Source: a virus (lineage: Duplodnaviria > Caudoviricetes). From it: 33,936 bases of DNA. The notes beneath the pieces were generated by a model that was not told the DNA's origin, ran no database searches, and saw only the letters and a list, made by a program, of their open reading frames with translations. Both the position numbers and the translations under genes were made by a program. The stretch spans positions 1 through 33,936 of IMG/VR virus record IMGVR_UViG_3300014885_000008; one strand, written 5' to 3'. Each line of letters starts with the position of its first letter. Within the stretch, counting starts at the first letter, position 1. Of the stretch, positions 25,030 to 32,470 are shown in pieces.

Positions 25030-25676
25030 TGCAATACGCGCATGAACACAAGCCCCTTCAATTCAAGGAATACCAGGGGCCGCCTCCCGTGTTGCCGGCT
25101 TATTGCGCGCGACTGGGGGATCAAGCTCGCGATTATCTGGAGTCTCGCGACCTTGATCCTCTATTGGCGGGCCATAACGGGTGGTATCCGAGCGACATGG
25201 ACGTGCCGCGGATAGTCATTCCGTGTATGAACACGGCGGGAATATGCTACTGGCAAGCTCGCCGGATGGATGATAGTCAAGACCTTCGATATGACTCCCC
25301 AACCTATCCTCGGGGCGATAGCATTGTGGTGGTGTATCCCGAGGAGCGGCGCCCGTCCCCGAGGCTATTTATATTCGAGGGGCCGATGGATGCACTTGCG
25401 GCTGCTGCCTTTGGACACGCGGGCGTTGCTTTGATGGGCAATAACCCGGACCCCGAGGCGATCGACAACATTGTGCGCTGCTTCTCACGTACGCATGCGC
25501 CATTCGTTATCGTGCCGGACAACGACGATCTCGCGGCCGGCACACAACTACTAGGCAATTTTGCAACACGTGGCGTCGTTACAAAAGTGGCGCTGCTAAC
25601 AGGAGGAAAAGACCTATGCGACCTTTCGATACCTTCTCGGGACAAGTTTCTCCAGAGAGCACTGAAAGTAAAGTAG
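25029..25676 (+). CDS. DNA primase, TOPRIM domain (no N-terminal Zn finger)
   Basis: YLESR, RIVIP, YWQAR, FIFEGPMDALA, VALMG, PDNDD.AG, KDLCD. Confidence 0.88.
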   Translation: MQYAHEHKPLQFKEYQGPPPVLPAYCARLGDQARDYLESRDLDPLLAGHNGWYPSDMDVPRIVIPCMNTAGICYWQARRMDDSQDLRYDSPTYPRGDSIVVVYPEERRPSPRLFIFEGPMDALAAAAFGHAGVALMGNNPDPEAIDNIVRCFSRTHAPFVIVPDNDDLAAGTQLLGNFATRGVVTKVALLTGGKDLCDLSIPSRDKFLQRALKVK

Positions 25677-25912
25677 AGAAAACTGATTTTGTTCATCGCG
25701 TGCAATACGACACAGTGGTTGCGGTCAATCGCCGGCTACAATTGCACATTGAGTTTCTAACGGATCTCTTTGCGACCCGCGACGCTAACAACCGCCGTGA
25801 AATAGAGCGGCTCGAAGCTATCGCTGTGAACCAGGGCAACATGATTACGTGGTTCAAGGCTCAGTATATGGCGTCGGCAGTGGTGCCGGGGCCGGAAGGG
25901 ACAAATCAATGA
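25616..25912 (+). CDS. Hypothetical protein
   Basis: GGAGG RBS at 25602; 61 bp overlap with primase. Confidence 0.5.
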   Translation: MRPFDTFSGQVSPESTESKVEKTDFVHRVQYDTVVAVNRRLQLHIEFLTDLFATRDANNRREIERLEAIAVNQGNMITWFKAQYMASAVVPGPEGTNQ

Positions 25913-26601
25913 GAGCTACATGGCCTTGGGTTAATAGGGGCCGCTTAACTAGGGCGTTGGCGGAGGTGCAGGCGTGGCTCGACACCTCGGCGCAGAATGC
26001 TCGCAACACGGAATACTATAGGGGGCTGATTGGCGAAGCCGCGGAGCATCTGAAGCCGGAAATGTTTACCAGGGATGATAACACACACACCTCTATGCCC
26101 CTGGCTTGCTTGCTGCCCCAAGCAGTGAAGGGGCTGAAGACCCGAGCGATCGCGATGGAGCACCTAAACGAACAAAAGGAAAAAAAGATTTTCTATCTCC
26201 GCTCGCGCGTTGAGTATCTGGAAGGGCGGGCGGCCGAAAGAACCGCGGATTATAATAGACGGGCTGCCGTGTCGGATGATAGGATAAGGAAGCTCAAATC
26301 AACATGCGATTTTATCCAAGAGCGTCTTGTGGAGGTGGAGAGAGAAAATGAAAAACTCAAAGCCGCGCAAGACAAAGCCGGCGAAACCCAAAAAGCAGCC
26401 AAAGCCGAAAGCTCCGTCTTTGAAGAGTTTAAGCCTACTACCCGAGAAGCTGTCTATGGCCTCGGCCTCGCGCCCACTGTGCGTGAAGTGCGGCTTAATG
26501 ACGAAATGTGCGTCACCGTTCGTTATCCCGTGGGTACCGGAAAACTACACTGGGAAGTTATTGGTGGTCGGACCACCTCCAGTGGTGGATCGGGAAAGTG
26601 A
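25909..26601 (+). CDS. Coiled-coil hypothetical protein
   Basis: ATG 25909 in ATGA overlap; heptad-rich; C-terminus overlaps UDG-like ORF. Confidence 0.55.
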   Translation: MRATWPWVNRGRLTRALAEVQAWLDTSAQNARNTEYYRGLIGEAAEHLKPEMFTRDDNTHTSMPLACLLPQAVKGLKTRAIAMEHLNEQKEKKIFYLRSRVEYLEGRAAERTADYNRRAAVSDDRIRKLKSTCDFIQERLVEVERENEKLKAAQDKAGETQKAAKAESSVFEEFKPTTREAVYGLGLAPTVREVRLNDEMCVTVRYPVGTGKLHWEVIGGRTTSSGGSGK

Positions 26602-26887
26602 ACGGCCCTTTAAAACTAAGATTGGGCAATTCATTATCCGACTTGCGGGACGTTGCGGTTTTAGCGCTGACGATCTTGCTTTTGTTTCTAGCGTCCGATG
26701 TAGCACCGAGGCCCCGAGTGTGGATCAAATCCGATGTTGCCGGCCATTCCTCCTGCACGTCATCGAACGACTGAAGCCCAAAGGAATCTTGGGGCTTGGT
26801 AAATTTGCACTGAAGGCGTTGAGCAATTCGAATAATCAAAACATCACGAAGGCCCGCGGCAAGAACATGGAGGTGCCTGGAGTATGA
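26456..26887 (+). CDS. Uracil-DNA glycosylase family 4-like domain (SPO1 polymerase-associated type), C-terminally truncated; alternative start 26348
   Basis: CVKCGL, LLVVG.PP, RPF....G, VRC...P...QIRCCRPFL...I..LKPK.I..LG..A, ITKARGK; ends before motif B. Confidence 0.85.
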   Translation: MASASRPLCVKCGLMTKCASPFVIPWVPENYTGKLLVVGPPPVVDRESERPFKTKIGQFIIRLAGRCGFSADDLAFVSSVRCSTEAPSVDQIRCCRPFLLHVIERLKPKGILGLGKFALKALSNSNNQNITKARGKNMEVPGV

Positions 26888-27243
26888 TTAAGCCGGAACA
26901 AATCACGGATGCAATGGTGGACGCCGTGGAAAATAAACTAGGCATGGGTGCGGGCGGATGGGATTTTGTGGACCCGCATGAAGTGATTGCGGAGGCGGTT
27001 AATGTGGTGTTGTGGCACCTGGGGATCAAGGCGGATTTAGGGGGTAGGCAAATGAGTAACTGGCGTTCGTTGGGAAAGGATATCTGGCACCTTGAGGAAC
27101 GGGAGATCCGTACCACCACCGACTACCAAGAAATGTTCGAAGCGGGTTTCTATTTTGCCGACGAGACGCAAGACTTCAATGGCCCCTTTGACACCAAGGA
27201 GCAAGCAGAAACAGCGCTGCGTCAATACGCGGAGCACTTATGA
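26884..27243 (+). CDS. Hypothetical protein (insert ORF 1; may be two fused small genes, internal ATG 27052)
   Basis: ATGA overlap; second half has GFYFADET....GPF.T...AE.AL..Y. Confidence 0.65.
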   Translation: MIKPEQITDAMVDAVENKLGMGAGGWDFVDPHEVIAEAVNVVLWHLGIKADLGGRQMSNWRSLGKDIWHLEEREIRTTTDYQEMFEAGFYFADETQDFNGPFDTKEQAETALRQYAEHL

Positions 27244-27389
27244 AAAAATACCCCGATATCATTGTTCTCCCATTTGCCATAGTGGCGGCCGTCTTGTTTG
27301 TGGCGTTGTATTCGCTGGCCGCGGTAGCATCGCTGTTTGTGTGGGGGAAGTGGGAACAAGCCCTAACTTACATGCTTGATGGGAGGTAA
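27240..27389 (+). CDS. Small membrane protein (insert ORF 2, 49 aa, not in ORF track)
   Basis: ATGA overlap, GGAG RBS; IIVLPFAIVAAVLFVALYSLAAVASLFVW. Confidence 0.6.
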   Translation: MKKYPDIIVLPFAIVAAVLFVALYSLAAVASLFVWGKWEQALTYMLDGR

Positions 27390-27391
27390 CA

Positions 27392-27523
27392 GTGAGCGAC
27401 GACACAATCATACAAGGCGTGCTTCTTCTCGGGATACTTCTGGTGATCCTGATTCTCATCTGCCCCGAGCCTGCACCCAAGGAGGATGACGACGATGATG
27501 ACGACCCTTACGGATATCCTTAA
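27392..27523 (+). CDS. Small membrane protein with poly-Asp tail (insert ORF 3, 43 aa, not in ORF track)
   Basis: GGAGG RBS + GTG; MSDDTIIQGVLLLGILLVILILICPEPAPKEDDDDDDDPYGYP. Confidence 0.6.
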   Translation: MSDDTIIQGVLLLGILLVILILICPEPAPKEDDDDDDDPYGYP

Positions 27524-27671
27524 TCGCGGTAAGTATAGTCAGGCGGTCGAAATTTTACAGTGCGGGGAATGCCGGGTCTTAGTGGTGGGCGGCACCGGAT
27601 ATTGTGAACGTCATGATCCGCAACCGCGGCTGCCCCACGTGGAGCGCCACGAGAAAATGGTGATCGTGTGA
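27486..27671 (+). CDS. Small Zn-finger-like protein (insert ORF 4)
   Basis: AAGGAGG RBS; CGEC....YCERH; GTGA overlap with polymerase. Confidence 0.55.
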   Translation: MTTMMTTLTDILNRGKYSQAVEILQCGECRVLVVGGTGYCERHDPQPRLPHVERHEKMVIV

Positions 27672-29680
27672 AAACGTATGTGTCTTTCGACCCATCTGCA
27701 ATTTTCTACGGAGGCTTTGAGCTTGAAAAAAGAATCGAAGAGGATTTTAAAAGGTTCGCGCAAAAACAAATCCCATCCCCGCTGGACAAGCTGCCGAGTG
27801 GTGCCGACCGCTACTTTGGTTTCGATACGGAATACGATCCTAGTGGCAAACTGCTTACTGTTGGCGTTGCTGACAAATCACGATCGACGGCCCGTGAAAC
27901 ACAAACTAAAGATTGGAAAAAAGAAATTGCTCCTATCATTAGAAAAGCTCGGGTCCTATGCGGCCACTCTGTAGGAGGTGATCTTGATTACTTGGTACGA
28001 GCGGGCCTTGCTAAGGAAACTTGGCTTGCCGGAAAAGATATTCGTGACTCTCTGCTTCTTTGTCGAATGGTGGATGAGAATCGGGGGAAGGGTGGTTATG
28101 GACTCGAAGCCCTCTTCCTCAGCGATTTTAACTTTGACCCTTGGAAAGCAGATACCGAGGCTCTACTTAAAAAAACTGGAAATGCATCTGATTGGTCTGT
28201 CGAACAAAGGACCGATCGCTGTCGAATCGACGCCTGGGCGACGGCGGTTTTGGTGGCGCACCACGATAGAGATATAGATGAGGCTCTACAGACATTCACA
28301 AACCGCATTGCTATTTCATTGCATCGCATTGGCCTCGCCGGGGCCGCGATGGACCTCAAGGCATTTCACAAAGCCGGGAAAGCTTGGAAAGCAGAAGCGG
28401 AAGAACTTAGAACACGCTTGGTTAAGTTTGCTCATCGGAAAGGAATGTCCGCCTTTTCTCCAACGAATGATGACCACATACGAGAGCTTCTGTATAAGAA
28501 ACTCAAACTCCCGGTCCTCGAATACACGGCCAAAGATCACGAAGCAAAAGTAGATAAGGGCAACTTGAAAAAGTTGTTGAAGGAGTATGATGGGCACGAA
28601 ATTATTCAAACGCTTTTGGATTTTAACGGCGTTGATAAGTTGGCTTCGACTTGGTACGGAACAGATAAGGTTTCGAAGACTCGCAAGGCTAGTGTTCTGG
28701 AACTCATCAAGGCCATTCCTAACAATAAACTTAAAGGGCTTCTCCACTTCTGGATCATGGCTCTCCGTGCGAGAACTGGCCGCACCACCTCGGGTGGAAG
28801 TGAAGAAGGACAACCGGATTCTCGTAACTCACAAAATTGGAGCCCCAAGGCACGAGGGGCCATCGTATCTCGATGGGACAAACCCGGAAAGATAGCAGTA
28901 GCGGATCTCAGCCGTGTTGAAGTTGTTTTGATGGGCTGGCGTGCGAAGGATGAAAAGCTTCTCGACTACTTTCTCAATGGCGCCGGCTACCTCGGGGTGG
29001 CAAAAGAATTCTGGGGCCAAGACGTTAAGGATGGAACGCCACTCTACAAGGCCACGAAGTCGCTGGTGCTCGGACTCAACTACAACATGGGATTCTACAA
29101 GCTGGCCCTCGACCTGAAAGAGAAGGCGGGTTTTATGTTCTCGGAGGATTGGGACGAGCATGTTGAAGAAACGAAGAAAGCCCGCAAGCGATACCTCGGC
29201 ATGTTCCCCGGCTTACGCTCTTATATTCGTAACCGTATCGGGGAGGTTACTGAAACTCAGCAAGTTGTGTCACCAACCGGAAGAGTTAGGCACCTCCCGC
29301 ACCACGGGGAAGAAAGCGAGGGCTTCTGGCATATCAAAAACTCGGCCGTGAATTATCCCATTCAGTCGTTTGCCTTCGACGTTATCGGGTCCGGCATGAT
29401 AGATTATGAGGAGGCGATGCTGAAGGAGCACAAGCTCTCCTATAAGGAGTGGCACCTTGCCTTGCTTGAACACCCTTGGGACTTGCCGGCCTCTCCTGTT
29501 TTTAATTCTGTGCATGATGAATGCGACTTGGACCTGCATCCGAAGCACGGCAAGCGCGACTTAGAAATTCTGGTGGATTCAATGCGAAACTGTCGCTCGC
29601 TCAAAAAGCTTGTTCCTGAGTTTGATCTGAAGCTGAAGTGCGACGTACAAATTGTTTCAAATTGGGGACAGGCTAAATAA
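27668..29680 (+). CDS. polA: Family A DNA polymerase with 3'-5' exonuclease domain
   Basis: ExoI FDTE, RTGR..S, N.QN, motif A ADLSRVE, motif B TKSLVLGLNY, NYPIQS, motif C VHDE. Confidence 0.95.
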   Translation: MKTYVSFDPSAIFYGGFELEKRIEEDFKRFAQKQIPSPLDKLPSGADRYFGFDTEYDPSGKLLTVGVADKSRSTARETQTKDWKKEIAPIIRKARVLCGHSVGGDLDYLVRAGLAKETWLAGKDIRDSLLLCRMVDENRGKGGYGLEALFLSDFNFDPWKADTEALLKKTGNASDWSVEQRTDRCRIDAWATAVLVAHHDRDIDEALQTFTNRIAISLHRIGLAGAAMDLKAFHKAGKAWKAEAEELRTRLVKFAHRKGMSAFSPTNDDHIRELLYKKLKLPVLEYTAKDHEAKVDKGNLKKLLKEYDGHEIIQTLLDFNGVDKLASTWYGTDKVSKTRKASVLELIKAIPNNKLKGLLHFWIMALRARTGRTTSGGSEEGQPDSRNSQNWSPKARGAIVSRWDKPGKIAVADLSRVEVVLMGWRAKDEKLLDYFLNGAGYLGVAKEFWGQDVKDGTPLYKATKSLVLGLNYNMGFYKLALDLKEKAGFMFSEDWDEHVEETKKARKRYLGMFPGLRSYIRNRIGEVTETQQVVSPTGRVRHLPHHGEESEGFWHIKNSAVNYPIQSFAFDVIGSGMIDYEEAMLKEHKLSYKEWHLALLEHPWDLPASPVFNSVHDECDLDLHPKHGKRDLEILVDSMRNCRSLKKLVPEFDLKLKCDVQIVSNWGQAK

Positions 29681-29681
29681 C

Positions 29682-29936
29682 ATGGCCCGCTGCTTGAGGT
29701 GCAAAGCGGGCAACGAATGGATAGAAGGGAACGCAACCATGAGCAGCGAAGAAAAAAAGAATAAGGAGGCCGAGCAACTTGCAATTCACAAGAACACACT
29801 AAACGATATCCGGTACATCTTGCGGCGATACAAAAAGGATCATCCCGAGGAAGCATGGGAATGCATAGAGAAGCTCGCCAACAATCCCAGACTGCGACTG
29901 AAGGACATTACCATCACCCCGGCCTATTCCAAGTAA
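29682..29936 (+). CDS. Hypothetical protein
   Basis: ATG directly after polymerase stop; alternative start 29738. Confidence 0.5.
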   Translation: MARCLRCKAGNEWIEGNATMSSEEKKNKEAEQLAIHKNTLNDIRYILRRYKKDHPEEAWECIEKLANNPRLRLKDITITPAYSK

Positions 29937-30109
29937 CCGGGAGAAATTTTGTTGCCGGCATAATCACAAACCACAAAGGTTGGGTGATGGAGGCCGCGCC
30001 AATAATTCAGCGCGAGGTCCCGAGATTTTGTTCTTGGAGTAAAGTTGAAGAGGCCGTGCTTAAACACGGCTGGCTAATCGACCAATTAACACCAGAAGGA
30101 GAAAACGAT

Positions 30110-30589
30110 ATGGCACGTGGAAGAGGCGGATCACGCCCGACGCATTACATTGCGGTGACTGCACAGGTGGGCAAGGGTAAGTATGAGAAGGGGCCGTACA
30201 TCGGCATGTGGGAAGGCGAGGGCCGCAACGCCCCATTGTTCCGCGGCAACGCCAAGGGTAAATACCTTGACGAGCTTTATGACTTCATCAAGGAATACGG
30301 TGACGAGAGCATTGGGTTTGCCGTCTTCGAGAGCCGCGAGGACAGCCGGGGTGGCGGCAGGGGCCGCGATCGCGACGACCGCGATAACGATCGTGACAAT
30401 GATCGGGACAGCGACCGGGGCAGTCGTCGCAGCAGCCGCGATCGGGATGATGACGGGGATAGCGACAAACGCAGCAGCCGAAGCAGCCGCGACGATGACA
30501 AGGGCAGCCGGCGCAGCAGCAAGAAAGATGACGATGACAAGGGGAGTCGCCGTGGTGGGAAAGACAAGGGAAAGGACTGGTGGGATTAA
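30110..30589 (+). CDS. Putative ssDNA-binding protein with R/D/S low-complexity tail (frame open upstream to 29855)
   Basis: AAGGAG RBS; small beta-rich domain (IGMW..G...PLFRG), charged tail ending DWWD; replication-module position. Confidence 0.55.
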   Translation: MARGRGGSRPTHYIAVTAQVGKGKYEKGPYIGMWEGEGRNAPLFRGNAKGKYLDELYDFIKEYGDESIGFAVFESREDSRGGGRGRDRDDRDNDRDNDRDSDRGSRRSSRDRDDDGDSDKRSSRSSRDDDKGSRRSSKKDDDDKGSRRGGKDKGKDWWD

Positions 30590-30802
30590 GTGAACAAGGA
30601 ACTTGAAAACCGTTTCTCCTATCATGCTCCGACGCCGGAACAGCCGGCCAAGTATGAAGCCGTTAGGAGCATGGCGAAGCAGTTTGCATATTTCCTTCTC
30701 GAAGTGACGCCGTCGTCCCGAGAGCAGAGCACGGCCCTCACTAAGCTGGATGAGGTTGTGTTCTTTGCGAACGCCGCCATAGCGAGACGCAGTGAGAGCT
30801 AA
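30590..30802 (+). CDS. Acb2/Tad1-like helical-hairpin protein (candidate immune-signal sponge)
   Basis: F.YHAP...Q...Y..VR..AK..A......P.SREQSTALTKLDE..F.ANAAIAR. Confidence 0.7.
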   Translation: MNKELENRFSYHAPTPEQPAKYEAVRSMAKQFAYFLLEVTPSSREQSTALTKLDEVVFFANAAIARRSES

Positions 30803-30873
30803 GAAGTGGGCGCGGAGCAAGCGGCCCCGGTGTAAGCGCCGGGCCGCTATCCGCAAGCAGAAGAAAGGAATCA

Positions 30874-31596
30874 ATGAAAATCGAGCGGGACAAGAAGGGT
30901 GAAGTTGACGCCTTCAAGAAAATAAAGGCGTGGCTGCAAAAACGCCCCCGGTCGGATAAGGGGTGGCACGTTAGCGACCTGCTCTACATGCGCAAGACTT
31001 TCTGGCGCAAGGTAAAGCCCCTCCCCATGACCGATAAGGAAGCTTTGTTTTTTGTAGCCGGCCATGGACACCATCATATCATCGAAGCCCTGCTCGGCCC
31101 CAAGAAAACAGACGGCCGCACGGACGCAGGCGAATTTCAGAAACACGGCATCTTGTTTTCTCCCGACCTACGTTTCACTGACGGCCCCCTGGAAATAAAA
31201 ACCTCGCGGTCGAAATATATTAAGGCTGACCGTGAGAATCCAGCCGAAGTGTATGAAGGCTATCTGAAACAGCTAGGCAGTTACAATGCCTTGATGAATG
31301 CAAAGCATGGGAAGCTGTTGGTGCTGTTTCTGAATGCCATTATGGACGGGGAGAAGTGGAAAACAACGCCGCAACTCCGCCTATACAAGGTGGTGTTCGA
31401 GGCCGACGAGCGGAAGAAAATCGTCAAGTGGCTGCTCAAGAGGGCCAAGGACCTCGGGGCCGCTATCAAGAAAAAGAAGTGTGACGATCTTCCACTATGC
31501 CCCGAGTGGCTTTGCCGAGACTGCGCTTGGTTCAAGGGCTGCAAGCCGTGGCTCGTTGAGCCTAGGCGGAAAGGGTTGCAGGATGGCAAAAAGTAA
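30874..31596 (+). CDS. Cas4-like PD-(D/E)XK exonuclease
   Basis: HVSDL, G..HH, SPD, EIKT, QL..Y, C-terminal Cys cluster. Confidence 0.85.
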   Translation: MKIERDKKGEVDAFKKIKAWLQKRPRSDKGWHVSDLLYMRKTFWRKVKPLPMTDKEALFFVAGHGHHHIIEALLGPKKTDGRTDAGEFQKHGILFSPDLRFTDGPLEIKTSRSKYIKADRENPAEVYEGYLKQLGSYNALMNAKHGKLLVLFLNAIMDGEKWKTTPQLRLYKVVFEADERKKIVKWLLKRAKDLGAAIKKKKCDDLPLCPEWLCRDCAWFKGCKPWLVEPRRKGLQDGKK

Positions 31597-31768
31597 TTTC
31601 CCGAGCACCCTGTATGCTGTGCAGGACCGCGACGGGGACGCCACTTTCGAAGTTGCCTATCGAACGCTGGATGACATACCGGACGACGAACAGGGTAACA
31701 GAGTGGCTATCTATGAGCTTAAACGGGTTGGCACTTACTCTGTGACCAAAGTAATCGAAGACAAATAA
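31583..31768 (+). CDS. Hypothetical protein
   Basis: ATG 31583; FP.TLY...VAIYEL pattern. Confidence 0.6.
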   Translation: MAKSNFPSTLYAVQDRDGDATFEVAYRTLDDIPDDEQGNRVAIYELKRVGTYSVTKVIEDK

Positions 31769-31780
31769 CCGAAAGGGAAA

Positions 31781-31915
31781 ATGAAGATGCTAGGCCGCCC
31801 CGATGATATCTGGTTTCTGGTGGTGATTGTTTGGTTAGTCGGGGTTGGAAGCACGTTTGCTTTCTGCCTAGCTGCTTGGTTTTTAGTGCAGATAATTCGG
31901 CAGCTATTTCGGTAA
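31781..31915 (+). CDS. Small membrane protein (44 aa, not in ORF track)
   Basis: AAGGGA RBS; MKMLGRPDDIWFLVVIVWLVGVGSTFAFCLAAWFLVQIIRQLFR. Confidence 0.55.
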   Translation: MKMLGRPDDIWFLVVIVWLVGVGSTFAFCLAAWFLVQIIRQLFR

Positions 31916-31920
31916 ACCCC

Positions 31921-32204
31921 ATTCCGTGCTCCCCTGTGCGGGGAAGACAACTCATCGGGCCGTGCCTTGAGAAACGGCGCACAACGGTAGCCGGCCCGAC
32001 TTAACTCCCTTGCTGCTACGTTTTGTGAGTAACTGAGCCACAATAAGTAGCGTTGCCGTATGGCGGCGCGAAATTGGTTGGTGCGTGGAGCGGCTTCCAT
32101 TCATAGCGATGCGGGTGTTGACGGTCTTGAATAAAGACCCATGGAGCATCTTCGCTTGGGCACCCTAGTGGGTGTTAGGCCGCGGAAAGCAGCGGGCACG
32201 GAAT
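31921..32204 (+). ncRNA. Candidate large structured non-coding RNA (~285 nt), family not recognised
   Basis: Terminal stem ATTCCGTGCTC/GGGCACGGAAT closes the whole intergenic gap; at least six internal helices with plus-strand G-U pairs. Confidence 0.7.
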
Positions 32205-32224
32205 TTCTAACAGGAGGAACGTAA

Positions 32225-32470
32225 GTGGGAAAAGAATTTGTGAACATCAGGTCCGAGGCCCTCATCGAGCTTGAGCAAGATTATCGTGCTGAGCGAGTTC
32301 GGGAAGCCAAGATATTGATACACGAGAAAAGAAAACACCAAGCCGAAATTGAAAAGATCAACGCGCGGTTGTTGGAATTAGAAGAGGGAGCTATGCCGGC
32401 AGACCTGTCGCACAAAACGGAGGGTGATGCAATCCACATAACCCTAGGCCGGCAGTTTTTGAAAAAATGA
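32225..32470 (+). CDS. Hypothetical coiled-coil protein
   Basis: AGGAGG RBS + GTG; ATGA overlap with helicase. Confidence 0.65.
   Translation: MGKEFVNIRSEALIELEQDYRAERVREAKILIHEKRKHQAEIEKINARLLELEEGAMPADLSHKTEGDAIHITLGRQFLKK

Noticed and set aside
26884-27667. Group I/II intron, intein or IS as the insert splitting UDG-PolA
   Set aside because: The insert is fully occupied by small coupled ORFs; no ribozyme core, intein termini, transposase, terminal inverted repeats or target duplication seen
30131-30874. 247 aa and 96 aa minus-strand ORFs and a 136 aa alternative plus-frame ORF
   Set aside because: Artefacts of the low-complexity R/D/S repeat, which lacks stops in other frames
31719-32149. 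ORFs overlapping the ncRNA candidate (31719-31982 -, 31735-32100 -, 31952-32149 -)
   Set aside because: Antisense to the operon, no RBS, no protein-like composition; base-pairing pattern explains the region better
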